Assembly: GCA_036338595.1 (NCBI GenBank)
Contig: JAYZBV010000085.1
Location: forward strand, 1-25,433
DNA: 25,433 bases
Source of the DNA: Planctomycetota bacterium
GTDB lineage: Bacteria > Planctomycetota > UBA8108 > UBA1146
Reading direction: 5' to 3'
Part shown: positions 1 to 7,026 of the stretch, in pieces
Layout: the number at the start of each line of letters is the position of its first letter
Position numbering within the stretch: position 1 is the stretch's first letter
Translations under genes and position numbers: made by a program
Notes under the pieces: generated by a model
The model's input: only the letters and a program-made list of their open reading frames with translations
The model's database searches: none
Told to the model about the DNA's origin: nothing

Positions 1-38
1 CCGCACCCCCTCATGATCGTCAAGTTGTGGTCCGGGCG

Positions 39-1238
39 CTAGGCACTCTCGGAGAGAGAAGCCACCAGACAGCCCTTCGAGACGCTGTAGAGCGGATCTG
101 CAGCCTGACGGATCTCCTTGACCTCGATGGGGAACTGGATCTTTTCGAACTCCTGCTGGAAGACCTCGATGAAGCCTCCGATCATGCTGGTTCCACCAGA
201 ACAGACGATGCTCACCGGCTCGGGGAACTTCGGCATCGAGGAGGAGCACTCGAAACGCTCCTTGATGTTCTTGAGAGTGTAGGCAATCAGGTTGCGGTAG
301 TAGATCTCCACCGCTTCTTCCTCACGCCCCTGAGGGTTGGCGAGGTCGATGCCCTTCTCCTTCATGCCACAGGCGCGGCTGGAACTGATTCCGAGCACAC
401 CAGCAACATTGCGATCGATCCAGTCTCCACCACGGGTGGTCGAGAAGGAAAGTGCAGGAATGGACTTGTAGGCGACGCAGACGTTGAACATTCCACCGCC
501 GCAAGAGATACCGATGCCGGTGAAGTCGTCCTCTGCGAGCTCGGAAAAGACCACTGCATGGCCCTCGACGAGCGGCTTGGGATCGTATCCGAGTCCCTTG
601 ATGAGGCCTCCGAAGACACCTTGGTGGTAGACAACATTGAGATCGGCGTCGATCGGCTCTGCAGGTACAGAGTAATAGCACACCTCGCCAGGCTGCTGTG
701 GCTGACCCAGCAGGGTCTCGAGCAGCATCTTTTCGATGGGCAGCGCATCCGACTCATCAGGGCTGATCATTCCATCTTTCATCGGTCGACGCGTGTTGCG
801 ATTGAAGATGTTGGCGAGTTCAAACGCCGGATCTCCGACAACGACCATCCGATTATTGACCACAACATACTGAACTCCGAGACGAGTCAGCATATTTCGC
901 GTGTAGTCATCACAATCGATGTCGATGAACGCGTTTCGCTGGATCTTGAGGTTCACATTTCCTGCATTGTCCTGATTGGAGGATACAAGATTTGCTGTTC
1001 CCACATCGAGACCGCGACCGAGCGCGACTCCCGTGTTCACGACACCAGCGGCACTCGCTGCAGCCTGGACCGCAGATTCGGCTGCTATCGATTCACCACC
1101 GTCCATCGACGGATAGTTCACCGCATTGAGGGCCTCTGCTTCCTCAACACCGAATGCAGGCTCATTACTCTCGCCAGCACTGGCCTTGGGACCATTGTCC
1201 TCAAAATTCTTACGGGCGAAGTCTTCGTAATCTCCCAT
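39..1238 (-). CDS. Actin-fold (ASKHA) ATPase, volactin-like actin homolog (~399 aa)
   Basis: All actin-fold motifs occur in order: phosphate-1 GLDVGT, connect-1 VEGHAVVF, phosphate-2 GISCGGGMFN, RGGDWID, adenosine VCSGGTS and connect-2 DPLYSVSKG. The start is placed at ATG 1238 (GGAG 8 nt upstream, 5 nt after the upstream gene's stop), not at 1448, which overlaps the upstream gene. Confidence 0.9.
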   Translation of the reverse strand: MGDYEDFARKNFEDNGPKASAGESNEPAFGVEEAEALNAVNYPSMDGGESIAAESAVQAAASAAGVVNTGVALGRGLDVGTANLVSSNQDNAGNVNLKIQRNAFIDIDCDDYTRNMLTRLGVQYVVVNNRMVVVGDPAFELANIFNRNTRRPMKDGMISPDESDALPIEKMLLETLLGQPQQPGEVCYYSVPAEPIDADLNVVYHQGVFGGLIKGLGYDPKPLVEGHAVVFSELAEDDFTGIGISCGGGMFNVCVAYKSIPALSFSTTRGGDWIDRNVAGVLGISSSRACGMKEKGIDLANPQGREEEAVEIYYRNLIAYTLKNIKERFECSSSMPKFPEPVSIVCSGGTSMIGGFIEVFQQEFEKIQFPIEVKEIRQAADPLYSVSKGCLVASLSESA

Positions 1239-1243
1239 GCCCC

Positions 1244-1939
1244 TTACTCCGTTTCCTTCTGGAGGCCTCGTAACTTGGCCAGACTGGCCTCGACGCCTCC
1301 CGCTTTCGCGTTCTTTACCTCGACCTTGTCGAGATTGTTTTCGATGCTTTCTCCCGACTCCTTGGAAAAGAGCGCCACGAGCGCCTCTTCCGACGGGACA
1401 TCCTTTGTCTTCCTTGGTCCTCCCCCTTGCGCCGAATTTCCGACGCATTGAGCGAGGTTATCGATACTCTGCTTGATGCCTTCGATGTCATCTCCGGATG
1501 TTGGCTTTGCCCCGGCTCCGGCATCTTCAACTGCAGCCTTGACGACGGATCGGAGTTGATCCGTATCGATGGCGGGTGCCACGGGCGCCGGGCATGAGCG
1601 CGCCTCATGCAATTGCTCCTCCAGGTCCACTGCCTGGTCACGAAGCTGCTGGATGCGCTGCTCGTATTGCTGTTGTTGCTCGGCCTGTTGGCTTTTTCGA
1701 TCCTTCACCAGGCGCGAGAACTCGCTGCGTGCCTCTTCTCTGAGTTGATCCTGATCTACCTCGGGGAGTTCACTGAGTCGCTGGGCGACCACTTTTTCCA
1801 CCGCTTCATCGATCAAGCTCAGCACCGTGGAACGATCCAGCACCTTTACGGTCCTGAGTCCCCTACGGGCCAACTCATCTACAGATACAGTGTTGGCACG
1901 TTTTTGAAGTGCGTCTGGCACATCGAAGGTCTGACTCAT
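1244..1939 (-). CDS. Hypothetical coiled-coil protein (231 aa), probable partner of the actin homolog
   Basis: Heptad-rich, Q/E-rich central segment (QQAEQQQQYEQRIQQLRDQAVDLEEQLHEAR), a Pro/Ala linker and an amphipathic C-terminal helix (VEASLAKLRGLQK). It ends 5 nt before the actin ATG. An in-frame TGA two codons upstream fixes the start. Confidence 0.8.
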   Translation of the reverse strand: MSQTFDVPDALQKRANTVSVDELARRGLRTVKVLDRSTVLSLIDEAVEKVVAQRLSELPEVDQDQLREEARSEFSRLVKDRKSQQAEQQQQYEQRIQQLRDQAVDLEEQLHEARSCPAPVAPAIDTDQLRSVVKAAVEDAGAGAKPTSGDDIEGIKQSIDNLAQCVGNSAQGGGPRKTKDVPSEEALVALFSKESGESIENNLDKVEVKNAKAGGVEASLAKLRGLQKETE

Positions 1940-2054
1940 CGGTCAACCGTTCTGCTGGTGTGCATCGGTGATTTCCGCTGGAATCTCACTGTCGATGCAC
2001 TGGCACCGATCTTCTGATCGGCGCGACCACGAAGGCCCTTACTCGGGGCCAATA

Positions 2055-2084
2055 AGACTAGCATCGGGGTGCAAAGTGCGGCAA
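2055..2084 (-). promoter_or_regulatory. Candidate sigma70-type promoter for the coiled-coil/actin operon
   Basis: The minus strand reads TTGCCG-N18-TAGTCT, with an extended -10 TG (TGcTAGTCT). This implies a ~110-nt 5' leader before ATG 1939. Confidence 0.45.
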
Positions 2085-2151
2085 ACCGGGGATTGACCGT
2101 GACGGCAGGAAACCGTCTCAGATGGGCGTGGGATCGATCCTGGGGCAGATC

Positions 2152-2856
2152 CTAGATCTCGGCGTCGATCAACTTCTGGGCATACAGACGAATCCTGGAT
2201 TCGATCTCCCTGCGGTCTCTCGTCGAGAGTTTCGAACCATATGCAGAGAGCAGTTCGAGCAGCGTATTCCTGGCTCCATCATAATCCCCGAGTGCCACGT
2301 GGCACTGCTGAAGATCCCAGTACTGGGTTGGATTCTGATAGGAGATCGGACTCGATTGAAGGTGCCGCTTCATGTCCCGGATCGACAACCGAAACCACCG
2401 CTTCGATCCCGCCTTTGCAGTGGCGCGACGCTCCTTCAAATCGACAGGTACATCGAGGTCTTCCTCTTCCAGCGGCTTGCATTCCTCATCTGCCAGCGCA
2501 TAGAGATAATGGTATCCGGAGGCGATCCGTTTCCTCAGCCTGAATCGCTCCAGGCGGGGTTGAGTCGAATTCGGTGCCAACGTGACCGCTTCATCGAGCA
2601 GCAAGACCGCTTCCTCGTACTTGATGATCCCTTGCAAGATGCTGTTCGGATCTTCCTCATCGAACTCTTCCATCACTTCACGAATGATACGATCAGCCTG
2701 AGTTCGGTTGCGTGTGATCGTCTGCGCAGCCTCCACAGCGTCGTCATCATCTCGAACACCATTAGTTGGATTGCATCCGGAAAGTAGCAGTGCGATGGCG
2801 AGACCCATCGCAACAAGACCTGTGGCAATTGGTGTAAGGCTCCGGTCAGGCATCAT
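2152..2856 (-). CDS. Putative lipoprotein with helical/TPR-like repeats (234 aa)
   Basis: Hydrophobic signal with lipobox LSGC (Cys28). TPR-like segments are EEAVLLLDEAVTLAPNS and YWDLQQCHVALGDYDGARNTLLELL. AGAGGA SD upstream. Confidence 0.75.
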   Translation of the reverse strand: MMPDRSLTPIATGLVAMGLAIALLLSGCNPTNGVRDDDDAVEAAQTITRNRTQADRIIREVMEEFDEEDPNSILQGIIKYEEAVLLLDEAVTLAPNSTQPRLERFRLRKRIASGYHYLYALADEECKPLEEEDLDVPVDLKERRATAKAGSKRWFRLSIRDMKRHLQSSPISYQNPTQYWDLQQCHVALGDYDGARNTLLELLSAYGSKLSTRDRREIESRIRLYAQKLIDAEI

Positions 2857-2977
2857 GGATTCCTCTGCATCAAACGAAACGGGCGCGGGGACTAACCGTA
2901 CAGTCTAGTGCCAAGGCAGCAGATGGGAAGAAAGATGGTGAAGAAGTTCGCTACGTTCCATGGCTATCTCCGTGACG

Positions 2978-4516
2978 TCATTCCTCAGGTTCTTGAGGAA
3001 TCAACGAGGAGAGTCCCTCTTCACGCGCCGAGACCATGAATTCTCTCTCCCTTTCAATGAGTACCTTGCCGGGCGGGAATCCCTTCGGTTTTCGGACATG
3101 TTTTGCCTCGGTCCAGTGCACAGGGATGCTGCCAGGGCCCCTCCAACCGGAGAGATATGCGGCCACGAATGCCGCGTCCTCGATGCTTTCCGGGGAAGCA
3201 TTTGTACCCCGTTCGACCCTCAGGATCACATGCGCACCGGGTCGATTCGCAACATGAAAGAAGAGATCGTTGCCACGTGCGGTACGGATGCTCAGTTCGT
3301 CATTTTCCCTGGCACTGCTACCGGCGAGAATTTCGAGTCCCCCTCGGCTGCGGTAACGCTTGAAGCGCCTCTTTTCGGCGACCTTCCCCGATCCCGCAGC
3401 GGTGCTTTTCGGGCGCTGACGACGACGACCATGACTTCGATTCAGTTGAATCGCCTGTTCGCAAATCTTCTGGACTGCTTCTTCATCAATTCCATCGGCT
3501 CCGATGAGGGCATCGATCGATTCCATGGCGGCTTCGATGAGAGATCTCGATGTGATCGTCTCCTCTTTTCTCTTGCCGAGGATTTCGAGCGAACGCTTTC
3601 CTTTGCGTGACTTTCGAAAGCAACGCTCGATGTTCTGCATCGGAGTACGATGCGGTTCGAGAGCGATTTCGACGAGCGGTGTCCCCTCCTGGTACCAGTC
3701 TTGCACCTCGACTGACTCCATGCCCCTGGACAGCAGTTGTAGATGCCCCTTCAGCAATTCTCCGGTTCGCTGCCACTCTTGCCATCTTGCGCCAGCTTGA
3801 AGCCCCTCCTCGAGCTTGCCGATTCTCCGGGTCAGGATCCGGAGTGTCTTTCGCAACTGTTGTCGCTGTTCCAGCAAGCGCTGCTCGAGGATGTGAGTTC
3901 GTTCACGATTCAGCATCCTGTCAAAGAGCCACTCGTGCAGCGGAGCCTCTCCTCCCCGATGCTCCACAGGGATCACCTGGATCGGATCAAAGGGAACGGT
4001 AGCACTGTCATGATGATCCGCTTGCGCTGCGGGTGGGAACTTGTAGGTCTCCCCACTTTTCAGACCGCCCCTACCGCAGACCAGTAGCGCTCGCCGCGAG
4101 GATCCATCGAGGATGACCAGCCGTCCCTGGCGGCCAAACAGTTCAGCGATCAGTTCCCGTGACGAACCGGACGCTCCAGAGTGGCTGAGGATCAACCGCA
4201 TCACCCTGTCTCCCCCTGGTTGATCGACCGCCTCTACACGGGTTCCTGAAATCAACTCCCGCATCTGGGTTGCCAGTTCCCCGGGAACCGTCGATGCCTC
4301 CGGGGGATCACTCCACAGCAGCAAGCGGGATGTACCCGGATGTAGAGAGAGGAGGAGATGACGACGACTCGCCCCTGACCCGATCACGATCCGGAGGTTG
4401 CCATGGCAAGCGTCGAAGACTTTGCCGATATGCTGACCCACCACGAGATCACGCAATTCATCGATGAGTCGCGCGATCTCTTCCGTTCTCAGGCCCCGGC
4501 GTGAAGCGGAGTTCAT
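2978..4516 (-). CDS. rqcH: NFACT family protein (RqcH/Rqc2/FbpA-like ribosome quality control factor)
   Basis: NFACT-N with DR (GGDRVM) and AELFGR motifs, coiled coils (GELLKGHL; NIERCFRKSRKGKR) and a C-terminal NFACT-R domain (ILAGSSARENDELS...DLFFHVANRPGAHVIL...VRKPKG). ATG 4516 is preferred over GTG 4537. Confidence 0.85.
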   Translation of the reverse strand: MNSASRRGLRTEEIARLIDELRDLVVGQHIGKVFDACHGNLRIVIGSGASRRHLLLSLHPGTSRLLLWSDPPEASTVPGELATQMRELISGTRVEAVDQPGGDRVMRLILSHSGASGSSRELIAELFGRQGRLVILDGSSRRALLVCGRGGLKSGETYKFPPAAQADHHDSATVPFDPIQVIPVEHRGGEAPLHEWLFDRMLNRERTHILEQRLLEQRQQLRKTLRILTRRIGKLEEGLQAGARWQEWQRTGELLKGHLQLLSRGMESVEVQDWYQEGTPLVEIALEPHRTPMQNIERCFRKSRKGKRSLEILGKRKEETITSRSLIEAAMESIDALIGADGIDEEAVQKICEQAIQLNRSHGRRRQRPKSTAAGSGKVAEKRRFKRYRSRGGLEILAGSSARENDELSIRTARGNDLFFHVANRPGAHVILRVERGTNASPESIEDAAFVAAYLSGWRGPGSIPVHWTEAKHVRKPKGFPPGKVLIEREREFMVSAREEGLSSLIPQEPEE

Positions 4517-4571
4517 CGAGCAATACCCACCCGGCACTGTGAGTTTCGTCCCTCACGGTACCGGTATCCCA

Positions 4572-5024
4572 TCACTCTGCTGCGTTCCAGCTGTCGTCGA
4601 TGAGCTCGTAGGAATGTAAGTCTCCCGAGTCGAAAAAGAGTTCCAGTTCCCGCTGCGCTGCCTCGGTGCTGTCGGAGCCATGAACCAGGTTGAACCCGTT
4701 GGAGATTCCGAAGTCACCTCGGATCGTTCCCGCATCGGCATCGCAACCGAAGGTTGCTCCCATCAACTTTCGACACACGCTGATCGCCTTGTTTCCTTCG
4801 AGTGCCAGGGCTACGACAGGGCCTGAAGTCATGAACTGGACCAGGCCGTCATAAAACGGCTTCCCCTGGTGTGCCTCGTAGTGGGTGGCGGCGAGTTGAT
4901 CACTGATCTTCATCAGCCTCATGCCGATCACCTTGAGACCCTTACGCTCGAATCTTTCCACTATCGGCCCCACCAGGCGCCTCTGGACTGCATCTGGCTT
5001 CAGCAGGATGAGCGTGCGCTCCAT
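4572..5024 (-). CDS. ndk: Nucleoside diphosphate kinase
   Basis: MERTLILLKPDAVQR, GTIRGDFG and the NLVHGSDS catalytic His motif; 150 aa. Confidence 0.98.
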   Translation of the reverse strand: MERTLILLKPDAVQRRLVGPIVERFERKGLKVIGMRLMKISDQLAATHYEAHQGKPFYDGLVQFMTSGPVVALALEGNKAISVCRKLMGATFGCDADAGTIRGDFGISNGFNLVHGSDSTEAAQRELELFFDSGDLHSYELIDDSWNAAE

Positions 5025-5239
5025 CGGAACTATCCTCTCTCGGGGGCGATTTCCCCCCGGATGGTATGCTTCTTCGCGGCAGGAATCGTACCCGGAGTAC
5101 GACCCTGGGGAGTATTCGGAACTTCATTCCGGAAGTCACTTCCTGCACGAGGACTCCCCTCGTGCTCCGTTGATGTTGATTCTCACCCTTCGGTGGCCGA
5201 ATTCCAGTGGATCGGCGAGGGGCAGAGGGAGGTCGCTCG

Positions 5240-6811
5240 ATGGAGTCCGCCCGGGAAAGCCTGAATCCTGTGATCCTGAACGAGATCCTATCCTCGTCGG
5301 GAGCCGATTCCCTCGATGCCATCGCTCGGATCCTCGCAGAATCACCTGCTGACGACACCCTACTCGGACTCATCGATCTGGCAGTGCAATCGACCGGTGC
5401 CGAGCGTGGCTTTCTACTACGACGAGATGGCGACGACCGATGGGCTTGCCTGGGGGCACGCAATCTCGATGGGGATGAGATTCGAAACCCTCTCGACAAG
5501 ATTCTCGTGCCGCTGATCGAACGTGCTCTGGAACAGAAAACTCCCTGGAACTGTTCCGATATTGCTGGCCTCCCCGATCGGGGTCGCTGGGATCGCGAAC
5601 GACTTCCTCGGACCAGTGCTGCGCACATCATCCCACTGGGAAATGATCAACTGCTCTATCTCGATCATCGGTTTGGACCACTTTGCGAGGGATCCAGCGA
5701 CGACCCCATGCTGGCACTGGCTCTGGTTGGAATTCAATTCGCTCTCAGCCACCAATCGGGATCAGATGCCAGACCAACCGCTACTTCGGATAGCTCTTCT
5801 GGCCGCATCCAGCCGGCGATCTCCAATGACAAGCCCCTCAAGCCGGTCACGATGATAGGACAACACCCTGACATCCTCGCCATGCAACAGTTGATCGACC
5901 GCATTGCTCCGAGTGGTGCTCCTATCTTGATCACGGGAGAAAGCGGTACCGGAAAGGAACTTGCTGCACGGGCGATTCACCAGCAAAGCGAACGCGCCAG
6001 CGGTCCCTTCATCAGTGAGAATTGCGGAGCACTGGCGGAGAACCTGCTTGAGACGGAACTGTTTGGTTGCATGAAAGGCGCGTTTACCGGAGCGACCAAT
6101 GACCGCCCAGGTCTCTTCGAACTCGCTCACGGCGGAACCATCTTTCTTGACGAGATCGGCGACACCTCTGCGGGACTCCAGAAGAAACTATTGCGAGTGA
6201 TCCAGGAAGGTGTGGTTCGTCGGGTAGGAGGGCAGGAGTCGATCGATGTCGATGTACGAGTTCTCTCGGCGACAAACCGTGAACTCTCCTCGGAAGTTCG
6301 AAACGGAAGATTTCGTGAAGATCTGTACTACCGCCTCAATGTCATCAATGTGCACCTGCCACCGCTTCGCGACCGAGGAGAAGATATCACTCTCATCGCG
6401 AGGCACTTCCTGGATGGCCTCAACGAGGAAACGGGAACCAGAAAGCAGATGACCGCTGATCTGATCGCAGCGCTGCTGGATCACGGTTGGCCCGGTAACA
6501 TCCGGGAATTGCAGAATGAGATGCGTCGTGTCCACGCCCTCGGAGGAGACCAGCTCGATACAGAGTTCCTGTCCCAGCGAGTCGGCGGGCCTGCTGAAGA
6601 CTCGACTCGCCCCGAAGGTGGTCCATCGGGCCTCGACCGCATCCAGGATGCCGGATCCCTCAAGGAGGCGATCGAAAAACTGGAAGCCGAGTGGATCGCT
6701 GAGGCTCTCGATCGATTCGACGGACATCGTGGTCAGGTGTGTCAGTGGCTTGGTATCCCGAAGACCACCCTGTACGCAAAGATGCGCCGCTACGGTCTTT
6801 CAGACCGGTAA
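5240..6811 (+). CDS. Sigma54-dependent enhancer-binding transcriptional activator (GAF-like + AAA+ + Fis HTH)
   Basis: Walker A GESGTGKE, ELFG..KGAFTGA loop, Walker B IFLDEIG, FREDLYYRLNV, WPGNIRELQN and a C-terminal HTH (LGIPKTTLYAKM). The N-terminus is GAF-like (TGAERGFLL...LYLDHR). GGAGG SD before ATG 5240. Confidence 0.93.
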   Translation: MESARESLNPVILNEILSSSGADSLDAIARILAESPADDTLLGLIDLAVQSTGAERGFLLRRDGDDRWACLGARNLDGDEIRNPLDKILVPLIERALEQKTPWNCSDIAGLPDRGRWDRERLPRTSAAHIIPLGNDQLLYLDHRFGPLCEGSSDDPMLALALVGIQFALSHQSGSDARPTATSDSSSGRIQPAISNDKPLKPVTMIGQHPDILAMQQLIDRIAPSGAPILITGESGTGKELAARAIHQQSERASGPFISENCGALAENLLETELFGCMKGAFTGATNDRPGLFELAHGGTIFLDEIGDTSAGLQKKLLRVIQEGVVRRVGGQESIDVDVRVLSATNRELSSEVRNGRFREDLYYRLNVINVHLPPLRDRGEDITLIARHFLDGLNEETGTRKQMTADLIAALLDHGWPGNIRELQNEMRRVHALGGDQLDTEFLSQRVGGPAEDSTRPEGGPSGLDRIQDAGSLKEAIEKLEAEWIAEALDRFDGHRGQVCQWLGIPKTTLYAKMRRYGLSDR

Positions 6812-7026
6812 GTCTGCTACCGTCCAGCACTGCTGCTGCCCCCGCAATTTCGTTCCATTCCTGGACAGTCCTTCCCGATCCGGGACGCCAGTCACACAGC
6901 AGACGCACCCAGGCACTCGCAGATGCCATCACTGGACCTCTTCTGTCGGGCCCGATCCTTGCCATGTGTTCCCTGCTACCGAGGTGATCACCCCGGTCAA
7001 TCAGTCAGCGGAGCAGGAGGCGCACC

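Noticed and set aside
1..14. Possible third operon gene starting at ATG 14 on the minus strand
   Set aside because: Only four codons are visible and there is no clear SD. It cannot be supported without flanking sequence.
1239..1448. Arg/Gly-rich N-terminal extension of the actin ORF
   Set aside because: It overlaps the upstream coiled-coil gene in another frame, and ATG 1238 has an SD.
27..1451. 474-aa plus-strand ORF
   Set aside because: It is the antisense shadow of the actin gene, has no recognisable motifs and is expected from GC-rich codon bias.
2080..2120. GGCAAACC resembling the start of a c-di-GMP-I riboswitch
   Set aside because: There is no GNRA-capped stem followed by GCAAAG in the right order, and it is on the wrong strand for the operon.
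2899..2915. TTGGCAC (-24-like element) on the minus strand upstream of the lipoprotein gene
   Set aside because: There is no TTGC at the -12 position (it reads TGTA). The similar site at 2001 reads TTCT and points at no gene.
6836..6850. CTGCCCCCGCAA resembling a cobalamin riboswitch core
   Set aside because: The upstream AGGGAA..GGTG..AATCC and downstream ACTGT/GCCACTG/GGGAAG elements are missing, and the downstream gene is unrelated to B12.
6911..6927. Possible sigma54 promoter (AGGCAC...TGC) before rpoD
   Set aside because: The GG-to-GC spacing is 11 nt instead of the required 10.
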